A stretch of 59,859 nucleotides of DNA, the filler included, from Squatina squatina (taxonomy: Eukaryota), in NCBI GenBank assembly GCA_031763465.1. It is 4 parts of 4 records of this genome, joined end to end, with 100 filler letters (N's around TTAATTAATTAA, not from the genome) between each part and the next. Parts side by side here need not be neighbours in the genome. Positions count along the whole stretch, not along the records: positions 1 to 18,420 come from JARFOE010000039.1; 3 more parts are not named here. The stretch is one strand, 5' to 3'. A program made the translations under genes and the position numbers. The notes beneath the pieces are model-generated. The model saw only the letters and a program-made list of their open reading frames with translations, searched no databases and was not told the DNA's origin. This document shows positions 1-12,685 of the stretch, piece after piece. The first letter of the stretch is position 1. Every line of letters starts with the position of its first letter.

Positions 1-419
1 TGCGTGGGAACAACGTTCCCACCCGGGGAGATCGCGATTTCAGGGCTAATAAAATCCAGCCCTAAAGTTGCTGTCTCACATAGAAAATGTGTTTGGGTTG
101 CCAACACTTATGTGGGAAGGATGAATGGGCAGAGTTGTATCTATTATGATTCCATGGGAAACTGCCTTTGGATGGGTGATGGAAGATTGAACAAAGGAGT
201 TGTGGAGTGAACAATTATTGCACAAAGCCAAGAGAAAGGGAAAGTTGTGCTTGGTGAGATCACTTTAAGAAATATTTTAAGACAATCTGGCAGCTGTGAA
301 AACTAGTTTGATGGAAGGCAAGGGCAAGAAGGACACCATGGTTGTTGTGAGAGGGGTGACAGTAGAAGTGACAGCCTTATCAACCACAGGCAAGGGAAAT
401 TCTTAGCAGAAGACAAGAA

Positions 420-785
420 TATTTCAGAAGTTCTGCTATAGAAAATGGAATCATCGAAGTAGATCTGACAGAGAAACTACGAGAAAAGGTTTCAAACATG
501 ATAGGAAGATGCATATTCTAAGTGGTGGTCAGATTCTTTGGGTTTGTAATAGATATTTGTGCAACACTCATTGTTCAGGTAGAGAGAATGAGGCAGTGGG
601 AGAAGTCCAGGGAGGTGAGGGCAGAGTCTGATATAAATCACAAAGTTAAAGCATGAGTGGAAACAAGAGTAGTCAATGAACTTCTTCAGATCAAAGCAAT
701 AGCAGGAACAGGACACAATCATCAAGGTAACATAAAAAGAAATTGGGAATTGCCCTAAGTCAGTTTGAAACAAGAAATGTTCCAC
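420..785 (-). mobile_element. Degraded Penelope-like retroelement RT fragment
   Basis: Minus-strand TNIYYKPKESDHHLEYASSYH resembles the PLE motif TDIYYKPTDSHSYLDYTSSHP, preceded by a frameshifted YIDD/FHP-like region. Boundaries approximate. Confidence 0.65.
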
Positions 786-916
786 ATAGCTTACATTTCC
801 TGAATTTTACAATTGTTTTTAATTTTGATTTCCCAGCATCTGGACCTGCTATTCATGTGAAGGGGATTGTTTAATTGATATACACTGAGAAGTACTCAAT
901 CAGACTTTGTACTCAC

Positions 917-1096
917 TGTGCTCCATTCAGTATAAAACCATTTTGCACCACATGGCTTGAGGTAGCATGATTGCTGAGTAGGAGGTCTGTTCAGAGCAGC
1001 GCATTCGTAAGAGTTTACCACTGCAAAATTGTCTTGTGTTTTTCTGATGCATATCACATCCCGGTACTGGGTTCCATTGCTGCATTCAGTAGAACA
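917..1096 (-). CDS. THSD4: THSD4 (ADAMTSL6) internal exon, TSP1 repeat
   Basis: tag|TGT...AGC ACA|gtgagt; 180 bp, phase 0-0. Translates CSTECSNGTQYRDVICIRKTQDNFAVVNSYECAALNRPPTQQSCYLKPCGAKWFYTEWST, closely matching recalled human THSD4 (CSIECGSGTQQREVIC...CHLKPCGAKWFSTEWS). Not in ORF track. Confidence 0.93.
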
Positions 1097-1478
1097 CTAT
1101 ACCAGAGATTGGGAAAAAAAAGACATTTTAGAACCAGAGCCTCAAAATATTGTGCTACCAGATTTTGTAAAAGGCTAAATTCAATGTAAGTTGTGGGATA
1201 AATTTAATGCAGGAATGGAACATTTTCCCAACATTTCACACCCAGGGCTGGCTTTTCTTTAGCCCACCCAACAGGCTGCTGTCCCAACATGCCCCTAGTT
1301 TCCTCAGTCAGGTGCCATTGCTGATTCATGGTGAGCTCTGAGAAGAATTCCCCTCAGCAACACATTTAAATAAAATATNNNNNNNNNNNNNNNNNNNNNN
1401 NNNNNNNNNNNNNNNNNNNNNNNNNNNNNNNNNNNNNNNNNNNNNNNNNNNNNNNNNNNNNNNNNNNNNNNNNNNNNN

Positions 1479-1548
1479 CGACATCACCCAAATTACTCAC
1501 GCACTTCACATCTCTGTTTCTCTGGCCAACTCCACAAGGAACTGAACA
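1479..1548 (-). CDS. THSD4: THSD4 exon, 3' part lost in gap
   Basis: aatag|TGT; translates CSVPCGVGQRNRDVKCVSNLGDV, then runs into Ns; matches recalled human CSVPCGVGQRTRDVKCVSNIGDV. Confidence 0.92.
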
Positions 1549-2299
1549 CTATTATTAGGGAAAATGAAGCATGGAGATATAGTTAATTATCCTTTTTCTG
1601 CATATGCCTAATGTGTAGATTAAATAGTATCTTACAAATTAAATTAATAGGAATGTAAAGGGCATTCAGCAACATTCTTATAATCACGAGAGAGAAAGCA
1701 TTGAAATATTCTCATTCTCAGGCTACCTTTGGTTACATCAGACACCTCCAGCAATGCAAAGACTATCAACTTCAATGTGAAAAATATTCTACTTCTGTTC
1801 AGATGCCCACTCAGTTACCCTATTCCCTGGAGGCTGGGCTGGTGACTTTCTCTCAAGCATCTGCTTATGTTGCTTTTGAGCTTGCTGCTGGGGACATATG
1901 AGAGCCACAGCCACACTATGCAACTCACCCGTGAATCGTCCCTTCACCATTCATGGGGAAGCACCTGCTTTTGCTTTGATATTCCACGTCCCCCCATCCC
2001 CCCACTTCAAGTGGAAACCCGCATCTCGGCAAAGTCACTTTCATTCCATTTTGAGATATGCAAACAAAGTTCTATTAGTAGCTTGTTATCAATCATTCAT
2101 CTATGGAATGATTTAAGGAAAGGAGAAAAATCTACAAGAACATCACTGAAACCAGTAGTCATTGGTTCTCTTATAAAATCGCAGAATATTACACCACAGA
2201 AAGAGGCCAATTTCCCACTGGCCTGCGCTGGTTCTCTGAAAGAACTGTTCACTTGGTCTCATTCCCCTGCCCTTTACCCATACCTATTTATATTTTTTA

Positions 2300-2490
2300 T
2301 TTTTCAAAAATTTATCCACTTTCCTTTTTAAAGCTATTATGGATTAACATTGTTTTTGATTGGACATCCCATATTTGATCAACCTCTGCATAAAACAATT
2401 TCTCCTAATCTCTCCCTTGGTTCTTTTGGTGATGATCTTAAATTTATGATCTTCTGTAACTGACTCACTGACCAGTGAGACAACTGCAGT
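2300..2490 (-). mobile_element. Degraded CR1 LINE 3' fragment
   Basis: Resembles the better-preserved minus-strand CR1 ends at 53940+ and 58557+ (tctcccttggttcttttggtgatgatcttaaatttatg). Confidence 0.55.
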
Positions 2491-2527
2491 GTGTTTTGCA
2501 CAGTAGTGAGTATTAGCATATACTTAC

Positions 2528-2732
2528 AGAACCCCATTCTGTCCGGATCTGCCACTCACTACAAATTTTCATCTGACATGTGCTGGTAGTCTCAGGTTTC
2601 TCTAGGAATTGGCACCGATATGGTTGTACTGTTGTAGTATGGTTTGCATAGACCTGTCGGCATAGGATCTGTCTGTGCTGCATACCCAGTCCACAAGTTT
2701 TACTGCACTCAGACCATTCTCCAATGTCCCAA
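2528..2732 (-). CDS. THSD4: THSD4 internal exon, TSP1 repeats
   Basis: ttgccag|T TGG GAC...GGT TCT|gtaagt; 205 bp. WDIGEWSECSKTCGLGMQHRQILCRQVYANHTTTVQPYRCQFLEKPETTSTCQMKICSEWQIRTEWGS. Phases compatible with both neighbouring exons. Confidence 0.95.
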
Positions 2733-2832
2733 CTGGCAAAAGAAAAGAATTTATACTAAAACCATAAAGAATTCAGGACAGTCAGAATATAATAAAAACA
2801 TGAAAGAGAATACAGTGAAATTTTTATCATAC

Positions 2833-2962
2833 AAGGCTGGACAGGGGTTGTTATTGCAGGCCTCTTCCTCAGAACTGGGCTTCGTGCTGATATCACACAG
2901 ATTATCTGAGACTTCCTCATGTGTGTTTCTGGTTACACAATGAAATACTGTGTAGTGTGAAC
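2833..2962 (-). CDS. THSD4: THSD4 internal exon
   Basis: tttcag|GT TCA...GCC TT|gtatga; 130 bp. (G)SHYTVFHCVTRNTHEEVSDNLCDISTKPSSEEEACNNNPCPA(F); the split codon TT|T joins the next exon in frame. Confidence 0.93.
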
Positions 2963-3889
2963 CTGAAACAGCCNNNNNNNNNNNNNNNNNNNNNNNNNNN
3001 NNNNNNNNNNNNNNNNNNNNNNNNNNNNNNNNNNNNNNNNNNNNNNNNNNNNNNNNNNNNNNNNNNNNNNNNNAAAAAAAAATGTCTAAATTATCTCACA
3101 GGCATCAGTATAAAGAATTACAGCATTCAGTAATAAATCATGCACTGCAATACATCAATGTTTTATTATGTCTGGCAGCTGCTTAGTAGATCTATATTGA
3201 GAAAAGCGGTGACAAAAGGTTCATAATTCTAATTCCCATCTTTTGAACATATTTCCCTTCAGGATGCTAAATATTCTCATTCCCAACCAGTTTCAGAGTC
3301 ACGGAACTCCTGACTGTACTGAGCTTAGGAAGCCAGCATCTGTTTGCCCGGGTATATAAAATTTAACCTCTCCAGCTCTGTAGCTGTAACCTGCCCGCCC
3401 TTTCCTAACCTGCATGAGGTCAAGTTCATATATCACCATTCCCCACAAACAAAAGAGCATTCACTGGATTTTCCATGTTAATAAATCTTTCAGCACATTC
3501 CTCCACTCAAAGTGGAAAGAGGTAGAGTTCCACAGACAACAGGAAGGTCAGGACAGGCTTCCCCCTCCAGCAAGCCACTGTTGGTCCAATGTGAAATCAG
3601 TCTGCAATAACAATAAATCTTCCAGATAGCAGTTTAATCCACAATCTAACTGCAAAACCAGGGCTAACCACCACCTCAGGGAGGGGTTTCCAACACAGCA
3701 TTTAATCATTTAGTTTTTTAGAATGGCGCAAGCAGATGATGCTTAAAACAGACAGTACTGCAAATAACATGTGGCACTTGCTGCTTTCTNNNNNNNNNNN
3801 NNNNNNNNNNNNNNNNNNNNNNNNNNNNNNNNNNNNNNNNNNNNNNNNNNNNNNNNNNNNNNNNNNNNNNNNNNNNNNNNNNNNNNNNN

Positions 3890-4210
3890 CGGCCTCAGCA
3901 CCACACTGCCCTGGTGGCCCAGTGGAAGCCATCAGAGGCCCGGCAGAGTGCACAGCAGTCCTCCTCTTTAACTGAAAGGGAAGGGTGTTGAAATGTTTCA
4001 GCGCTACGCAGAGTAGCCACGTAGCTCAGCCGATTGCACCTCAGTATCACCCCAGAATTCACCCCAAGAGGAAGTGGAGCGCATGAGATTGACCTCCACT
4101 TCCTGAGGGGTGGTACCACAATTTCGTGGCCGGGGTGGGACTTGCGCGCAGGATGCCCTGCCCCGAGTCGGTTACCGCCCCCAGTTGGAACACTGGGAAA
4201 TTTCTCCCCC
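3890..4210. mobile_element. GC-rich non-autonomous DNA element fragment (probably Harbinger-derived MITE)
   Basis: Shares CCCTGGTGGCCCAGTGG, cggttacc and a gggaa(a)tttc-ccccc end with 30040-30370. Family assignment is inference. Confidence 0.55.
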
Positions 4211-6564
4211 TTGGTGTTGAGCAGGAAGAATGGTTTTATTTCCAAGGGGCGATGTGATGTTGGTGCAACCCCTTGAGCTGTGATTAACAGAGTGAGTCAT
4301 ACTGAAGTTCACTGCATTACCAAGGCCAAATCTTGAGGATGATAAACATCTGCAGAAAATGCATTACAATCACACTGGCAGCTGATATCAGCTGAATGAT
4401 TGGTTTTGTATGGAAGGGAGACCCACACAGCATGGAGACTTTCACCCTTGAGGTTGAAGAGCATTGAAATGCTATTCACAAACATGCCTTTATCACTGTG
4501 TGCACATCACCTTTGAGCTGTCAGTGACAGGACAAAACATGAAAGCATGGTCTTTGGATCTGGGCCTTTCTAAAAGCTATTCTATATTTTGTGGGCCTTT
4601 CTTCACAGTTATTCTTGATTTGGCATTTCCCACCTATTAATGAGGTACTTCATTAACATGTGTGTGAGCCATAGCTCTCTTTTGGTATGGGACAAATGGT
4701 TTCTCACACAACTGAAAGCACATGTAGCAGAAAATAAATCTATGTACTATCAAATGGTACTTGATTCAATTTTGAGATCCGCTGAAACAGTTCTCCCATT
4801 AATCCTTCATGATTAACAAGATTAAAATTTTGTACAAGAATTTTTTAAATGATATGTTAAAAGCTATAAAAGCACCATAAGCAGATCAGATGTGAAGGTA
4901 GAGTATTTGGATATTCTCACCGGAATGTGTCTNNNNNNNNNNNNNNNNNNNNNNNNNNNNNNNNNNNNNNNNNNNNNNNNNNNNNNNNNNNNNNNNNNNN
5001 NNNNNNNNNNNNNNNNNNNNNNNNNNNNNNNNAGATTTCTTCATTTCTAATATAATGAGATCATGTGGTAAGGACATTTTTAGCAGCCCTGTACAATACA
5101 GTCATATATGTACTGGAATGTCATTAAAAAAATGCTACTGTCAATTAAATGGTTTCCCCAGAGCTTTGAACAATGAAATAAGCTGATGCTTAATGGGAGA
5201 ATATAAAGCATTTTCATAAGAAAGGAACGAAATTGGAAATAACTTGTGAACATCAGCAGATTTGTTAGTCTGTTTCTGGCTCTGACATTTTAAGTGAAAT
5301 GACAGAAAGTACCTGGCAGAGGTATCTAATGTCAGGAGGAGAAAGCCCTTGTGAGTTTTCAAATAACTATTACATCTATTGCATCTCTGACCCATGAGAA
5401 AGGGAATCAGATCAGACAGAAGTTCTTCTTTATCTGAAGTTTTCAAAGAAATTATTTTAATTACAGAGCGATAACTCAGTCCCACATTCCTTGACTGTTT
5501 CCCAGAAATGTAAACAATTTTTTAGAAAAAAAGAGGCCACAGTCTGTGAATAAGTTATAACGTTAATCCAGAGAGTCTGATGATTGCAGGGCCACTCAAT
5601 GCTGCTGAATCTCTTTCAGCCTTGTGTCTCCCTTATCTCAATGATGGTTTTATAACCTGCTGTGTCTCATGTGTACTTGTCAAATTCTGACAGCATTCTG
5701 CACTCACAACAAAACCGGCAGAAATTTACACCTTTGAAAACTTTCTCCGATTATTCTTTTGTGCTATTGTTCAGGAATAAGGAGGCTATTTTTAAAGTGC
5801 TTTGAATTGGCTGCTGAGGTATTTAGGAAGTCTTTTCACAGCTGTCAACTAACCCTTACTGTTTCTCCAGACACTCATTTAGGAAAATGTAATTTCTGCA
5901 AGTAGTAGTGATGTTTTGTAAGAAACTTCTAAAGAATTATCTGCTTATTGTGTACAGATTTTTAGCTAAGTACAGGAAGAATTTAGAGCTGGTTGCTCCG
6001 TGTTGCAATGAGAAGAAAACAATTCTCCATTTTATGGATCCTCCACTTTTGTGCTATGCCCTTTCATACATTGCTCACTGGATAATTGTTNNNNNNNNNN
6101 NNNNNNNNNNNNNNNNNNNNNNNNNNNNNNNNNNNNNNNNNNNNNNNNNNNNNNNNNNNNNNNNNNNNNNNNNNNNNNNNNNNNNNNNNNGGGTCAATAT
6201 TTAACTATTGACACCAGGATGGTATTAACTGACCGACCTTTAATTGGATATTCTATTAATTACTGAAATGATAAACATTTTAATATAATAAACCACAAAT
6301 CCCATTGCATTCTGGTTAATGGTGGGTTTCATACCTCACAGCATACCTCATCGTGCACAGAAACCTCCACATCACACGCACCACCAGCTCCCATTCGGCA
6401 AAGCACAATTATAGCCAAAATGTGTCAACTCTCCAACTAAGAAACTGAAAATAAAAAGTACACCGTACACCTTAGTTTTTTTTAAAACTGAAATTGTTAC
6501 CTTTTGCAAAAGAGGATTGAAAATCCAGGAACTAATGTGTGCAACATCAATGAGCATCTAACAT

Positions 6565-6820
6565 GATCTAATGTGCATGCAGCGCCACACCAGATCTAAT
6601 GTGCATGCAGCGCCACACCAGATCTAGTGTGCATGCAGCATCACACCAGATCTAATGTGCATGCATCACACCAGATCTAATGTGCATGCATCACACCAGA
6701 TCTAATGTGCATGCAGCGCCACACCAGATCTAATGTGCATGCAGCGTCACACCAGATCAAATGTGCATGCAGAGCCACACCAGATCTAGTGTGCATGCAG
6801 CATCACACTAGATCTAGTAT
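6565..6820. repeat. Minisatellite, 28-bp unit GATCTAATGTGCATGCAGCGCCACACCA (two 25-bp variants), 9 units plus a partial
   Basis: Direct tandem periodicity; runs into a gap. Confidence 0.95.
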
Positions 6821-7199
6821 NNNNNNNNNNNNNNNNNNNNNNNNNNNNNNNNNNNNNNNNNNNNNNNNNNNNNNNNNNNNNNNNNNNNNNNNNNNNNNNN
6901 NNNNNNNNNNNNNNNNNNNNGCCAACTCTGGTTGGACCTATTCCTGGAGGTTTCATCACATGGCCTCCAACCTCCCCGCCCCTAGGCTCCTACCATTGGT
7001 CGCTCAAGAAGTGTATCTTCGCGGCGCCCCGTTACCCACAGCCAATCGGAAAGCGAACAGACTCGTCACTACCCGATTGGATGACTCTGGACTGTCAATC
7101 AAACTGCCTTTATTCCCATGTCATATATTATTATCAAACAAAGAAAAGTATTCTAAGACAGATTTAAATATGCAATATCTTAAATACCCCCGATGATTT

Positions 7200-7792
7200 T
7201 TCTGCTTTATTGCTCCCAGAAATGTTTGCAACAGACCAGCACTGTGACTATCATTTTTATTCCATCTGCAACAGGAATGTCTTTGAATGTTTGTTCACCA
7301 TTTCGATTGGTTGGCAAAAAATTCATCACAATTATAAACATTCTCCTTTTCCAGACTCAGATAAGAAAGCAGTTAGAACCTCCAAATATTGGATGATTCT
7401 GCATTGGCAACAGCCTTCGCACTACAAATCCTATTGAATGAATTGTTATTCTGCACATTCCAGTGACTCTCCGGCTTCTGTTGATGTAAATGCCAGCTTT
7501 TCCATTACTGTTGCTCGAGTCTTTGCTTCTGTGGAAGCAGAGGGCTACTGAGAAGCACATCATGTGTTCGGGCTTGCAGTGTCCAGTGCAGCAATGTGTT
7601 CTCAACATCTGAGATTTTGCCAACACATCGGCCTTTGTGATCTGGCTTATGGTTGATCAGCCAATCATTCATGATTTGAACTTGTTTTTTGATCAGGTTA
7701 AATAACATGGAATGCAGGGTTTTGAAGTGTTTGGCCAAATCTCTTTGGCTAGATTCAGACAATGTTTCACTATGTTGCAGGATCTCCTCCAT
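7200..7792 (-). mobile_element. Fossil pogo/Tigger (TIGD/CENP-B-like) transposase
   Basis: Motifs in order across frameshifts: SQRDLAKHF (psq-HTH), DVENTLLHWTLQAR..VLLSSPLL (CENP-B HTH), NVYNCDE (7322-7342, first catalytic Asp), VTVLVCC..SGSNK (7228-7248). Confidence 0.8.
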
Positions 7793-9419
7793 GCATCACA
7801 AGAATAGCACAAAGTGAATTCTTCAGGCATTTCAAAACAGCAAAGGAATATGCTCAGAGAAGAGAAACATAGAGCTGGAGTTGCTTTTTCTATCCAAGGC
7901 AGGTTAATTCAGTTTTAATTGTCTTCAAAAGTCTTTCCCACAGGCTCTGAAATTCTTTCTTGGCTGTCAAACATCAAAGTAAGTCACTTCAAAACTAATC
8001 CTCACAACTGAATACATATTGATCATTACAATCAAGTACAATTGGGAAATAGTTTTGGAAAGTAAGATTTGATTCAGAAAAACTGACAAAATTCTGAACT
8101 CATCAGTATGATAATCAAATACGATGATGAATCGTATAGATTACTTCAATAAATTTAAAACTTTTGATGATAAAATTTTAAAGGGTCACTAAAGTTTCTC
8201 TAATTATGACCTTGACTGGGAATTTCTTCAGTACTGCTCCCACTCCACTCTAACTTTGCTTGTTGTTATAACGTATCCCCATATATTTTAACCTAAGGTT
8301 CATTGGGATTCGCCTCTTGTGGACATGATGGTGGAGCAGTGTAATTCCAGTGCTTTTTGTGTAGCTACCAGAAGGCAAGATGCACAGCCCAGGCAATATG
8401 CCGCTGTCCATTTTTTTGCCCCTCTGCCTCAGTGATGGCACAACTTATGCTTGGACTTTGTGCCAGATGTGGTTTATATCTGGAATAGATTGGCCTATGA
8501 GATTAAATGTGCATGTTCCCACTCCATGTTAGTGAGCACTAGTGCTCCAATGCTCAGTAACATCAAGCTGTTTTAATCTTTCTCTCCCTTTCTTGTGATT
8601 TTGTTTGCCGAAAACAATTTTTTATTAAGAGTTCTGCAGCTATACATTGGGTTCTCTCAGTACACTCTTGTACATTTAAACCATTGTATGACCATCTGGA
8701 TTGAATCAAGCTTCTTTTCTGAGGTATGTTCAGTAACGTTCCCCAAGCTTCTTTCCTTAATTAACGGGATAGTGCAGCAGGATTTATGGCAGTAGAAAAG
8801 TTTCTCTTAGTATCCGTCAAATACCCGACTCTCAATTTTTTTTGTGTGAAGTATAAACTGTGGAAAGGAAGTAGTGACATTCAATGTATAAACTATATTT
8901 TGTTTTTAGAGTGAGCATATAAAGCTGCTGTGCAAAAGAACTTTCCTAACAATGAAAGTCAACTTTCAGCCACTTTGTTTGCACCTAATGGATTGTGAGA
9001 ATACAATAATACTTCAAGCTGGTATCTTTAAATATTTGCAAGAATGCTAAGTTGAATCACACTGACTCACATGATGAAGTGGCAGATTGCGGTTGCTCTG
9101 GCATCATTATGAATGAATTTATTTTGCAGCCCTAAGTTGCTTGGCTAAAACCTGCAGTTGGAACATTTTCAGCTGATCGTCTGTTCCTTTCAACAGATGC
9201 TTTATGGATCAAACAAGCAAATTTCCAACATTGCATTATTGTTTGAACTCTCCAAGAGCAAATCCTGATTCCTGCAGTATCTTCAGTAATGTTCCCTCTT
9301 TAAATTGGAGAACTGGTACACGAGCACAGGTACAAATGCAACTCACGATTCACTGAGTGCATGTCTACTCTGAGTCTTGCCAAATGCTAAATATCCCCTG
9401 TGTAGCCAGTGTAGTTAGC

Positions 9420-9557
9420 CAGCAACTGGAACGTAGTAGCTTCAAGAACAGTAGGAAGTGGTGATTATTCCATCACATTCCTGACTTGAGCCTTGCAGGG
9501 TGTGCAGAGGCTTTGAGGGATTGGAAGGTGAGCCACTTGTTGCTGAGTCCCCAGCCA
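9420..9557 (-). mobile_element. Non-LTR retrotransposon (CR1/L2-clade) ORF2 remnant
   Basis: Minus-strand KAQVRNVME*SPL resembles post-RT YKAQVRSVMEYSPL. Confidence 0.5.
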
Positions 9558-10994
9558 NNNNNNNNNNNNNNNNNNNNNNNNNNNNNNNNNNNNNNNNNNN
9601 NNNNNNNNNNNNNNNNNNNNNNNNNNNNNNNNNNNNNNNNNNNNNNNNNNNNNNNNNTTTAACTATACCATTATATACGGTTAACTCTTACTTGATTTCT
9701 CCCAGCAATGAAAGCAACCGAGGCTGGGGGAGATCTGAGGCAGCCACACGTGCCAAAATTCCAAAGAGTCGCTCGCCCATTACTATATCCATGGGAGCTA
9801 CCTGTTACATATTAAAAGAAAATATTGTGCTTTAACCCAAGTATATTAAGGACATTGGAAACAAATACATCATATTGGTACAAAATGCTGATGAAGGTCT
9901 CAATGAAGCCAATGGGAAGTATGTGTTACTTTAATGCAGAAGCGGACAGTTGTAAACATTTCAGTCGTCCTTCCACCCAAACTAGGGATAAGCAATGTTT
10001 ATACAAACACATGAAAATACTTGAGCTTATGCATGTACTCTATACCATCAAAGATTCTATTACAACTCTAAAACATAGGGATGTTATAGGGGAAGGTGAA
10101 AAAGTTAAATTGATTTGTTAGCGTTCAGGAATTAGCAGGGAACTGTTATTCCACTGCTGTATATTTTGACNNNNNNNNNNNNNNNNNNNNNNNNNNNNNN
10201 NNNNNNNNNNNNNNNNNNNNNNNNNNNNNNNNNNNNNNNNNNNNNNNNNNNNNNNNNNNNNNNNNNNNNNGAGGGAGAGAGCAAAGAGGGGGGTCCTGAG
10301 TTTCTTTCACAACAGATACTGTTAAACACTCAGACTTCAATAATAATCCACCCCCATGACAGTCGGGTGGAGTGAGGGGGTTGGTGGTTGTTAAAACCTT
10401 AAATCCAGGGGAAAAGGCCCCAACACGCTGCGCACATACACACTGCCTTTGTTACGACGGTGGATATCGTGGTGTCCGAGTGTCCCCCTGTGGAGAGGCG
10501 GGCCACTTCATTCACATATTTTAATCAGCAGAAATGAGAAAAATATGTGGTCACCTGTGGGTACATTTAAAGCGGAACTTACTATCAAACACTGACTACT
10601 GGATATTTAAAATTCGAAACCTGGGTGCTCCATTGCCAGATTGAAGGATTAGATTGTATGGGTTAGCATCCTACTTTGCCACAACAATATGCTACTCTCA
10701 TTCATTAACCCGACCCTTATTCAAAGCTGGAAAATGTGTAAGGAGCTATAAATCCCATGGTCCTACTGCTGTCAGTCAGGATACACACACTGCATTTTTC
10801 AGATGATCTGGCCTCCTCCAAACTCTGAAGCAGTAGTGGGGTACATACAATGATAATTAATAATGCATAATACATCCAATAATGGAACACTGCTTACTGG
10901 GCCAAGGGCTGGACCTATGGTGTGGGGTAGTTATCGAATGGGTTTAGACACGTGTCATAGTGCACACTGAATTCTCAGGTGGCGAATCAGCCTC

Positions 10995-11122
10995 TGCTGA
11001 GAGTTATCCACAACACCGAGTGACCACAGCAGAGTGACCCCATTGCTGAGAGTGACCACAACAGAGTGACCCTCCCTGCTGAGAGTGACCACAACAGAGT
11101 GACCCCACTGCTAAGTGTGACC
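10995..11122. repeat. Short minisatellite (~29-31 bp; GAGAGTGACCACAACAGAGTGACCCCACTGCT-like), about 4 units
   Basis: Direct tandem repeats visible. Confidence 0.85.
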
Positions 11123-11229
11123 AATACTAGTCCAAGAACATCTTTTTCCACAATCTAAATTCTAATTCTAAAACCTAATAATTCACCAGGAATCAAGACA
11201 TCAGTAAAACAACTGTGGAATATTCTTAC

Positions 11230-11467
11230 CAAAATATTTGGAAATTTAATCCTTAGTCGTGGTAACACTGTGACAATCTCATCAAAGTCTATGAACATGA
11301 AAGAGACAGTTGTGACGGCCCCAGCTGTCTGTACACCCCAGCTGCGGTCACGAGATTCTAGTGCACCAAACCCGTACAAGTGCAGTGTGTCCCCTTCCAG
11401 CTCAGCCAGGTGAGATTCTGCGATGGACAGTCCTTGCACTGCGGCGGTCAGTATCCCGTCAGGAAAC
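11230..11467 (-). CDS. LRRC49: LRRC49 internal exon
   Basis: ctgcag|G TTT...ATT TTG|gtaaga; 238 bp. FPDGILTAAVQGLSIAESHLAELEGDTLHLYGFGALESRDRSWGVQTAGAVTTVSFMFIDFDEIVTVLPRLRIKFPNIL matches recalled LRRC49 (..LQGLSV..DGDTLSLYGSGALESLDRNWSVQTAG..KIKFPN). Confidence 0.93.
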
Positions 11468-11947
11468 CTGCAGACACACACAAACAACCCAATTTCATTA
11501 TTATTTTCACTTTTATCAATTTTTTTTTCTTTGAGCTGTGCAAAAACTTTGGGATCTGTAAGGTTCAGACCTTTGCATCACCACTTTCATTCATTAATGC
11601 AAGCAAGTAACATTATTTTATCTTCATATCATAAGATGACAGCTCAATATTAACTGAATAAAAGCAGAATACACTGCAAAAGCTCTGTCAGCATCCATGG
11701 GACAGGTTAAGGCACAACATCACAGCTCGGTGAAATATACTGATAAAAAGTAGACCCCACTTTCCATATCATCAGTCCAGTACAGGGTCTACACCAGGGG
11801 ACCCTGAACAGTCTCCTGCTCCCTGACAGGACATCCAAACAGTCTCCNNNNNNNNNNNNNNNNNNNNNNNNNNNNNNNNNNNNNNNNNNNNNNNNNNNNN
11901 NNNNNNNNNNNNNNNNNNNNNNNNNNNNNNNNNNNNNNNNNNNNNNN

Positions 11948-12210
11948 CTTAACTTGTCTATGTCCCTTTGCAGGCTCTGTGTCCTCCTCACAGCTTACTT
12001 TCCCACTTAGCTTTGTATCGTCAGCAAATTTGGATACATTACATTCGGTCCCTTCATCTAGGTCATTAATATAGATTGTAAATAGCTGAGGCCCCAGCAC
12101 TGGACCTTGTGGCACCCCACTAGCTACAGCCTGCCAGCCTGAAAATGACCCGTTGATCTCTGTTTTCTGTCCGTTAACCAATCCACTATCCATGCTACTA
12201 TATTACCCCC
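11948..12210 (-). mobile_element. CR1 LINE RT fragment
   Basis: [38 protein letters not shown]. Confidence 0.95.
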
Positions 12211-12599
12211 ATCTCCCTTTTACTGGTCCAATATTTTTACCTGTCTGGATATTTTGGGGTATATATAGATTGTCACGAAATGAAGTTTTAATACTGCTCC
12301 AATNNNNNNNNNNATGCCTGCATTTTTCTCCCAATAAAGCCAAAGTGACAGTTTGATCTTAAAAATCGTTTGAACAGCGGATATTTTTAATGACTCGTGA
12401 TCAGTTCGATTACGCAGATGTTTGTACTGTTTAATCCTCACTCCCCAACTAGTGAGAAGTATGCTTACACCATTCCCTTCTGGCGCGCAACGTTTCGATG
12501 TTTACCAGTTGCACCACACAACCATTCCGCAGTCAGTTAATCTCTCCGAAAATTGCACTACAGGAAAAAAAGGTTTGAAAGAGCCTCTATTCCCCTTTA

Positions 12600-12685
12600 C
12601 ATTCCAAAAGTACTTCATTGGCTGTAAACTGCTTTGAGACGTCAGGTGGTCGTAAAAGGCGCTATATAAATGTAAGTTTTTCTTT
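12600..12685 (+). mobile_element. SINE/L2-type 3' tail
   Basis: aagtacttcattggctgtaaactgctttgagacgtc...ggcgctatataaatgtaag, shared with the SINEs at 38225 and 43500. Confidence 0.7.

Noticed and set aside
5141-5560. Peptide bits resembling THSD4 (GKPFN) and the LRRC49 C-terminus (RLWP)
   Set aside because: Immediate in-frame stops and no supporting splice sites; chance similarity.
6565-6820. CRISPR-like array of 28-bp repeats
   Set aside because: Units are head-to-tail with no unique spacers, there are no cas genes, and the DNA is eukaryotic.
6921-7100. Promoter-like cluster of GC and CCAAT boxes
   Set aside because: It starts with a GCCAACTCTGGTTGG end that I recall as a dispersed shark repeat, and no linked exon is visible; not supportable as a promoter.
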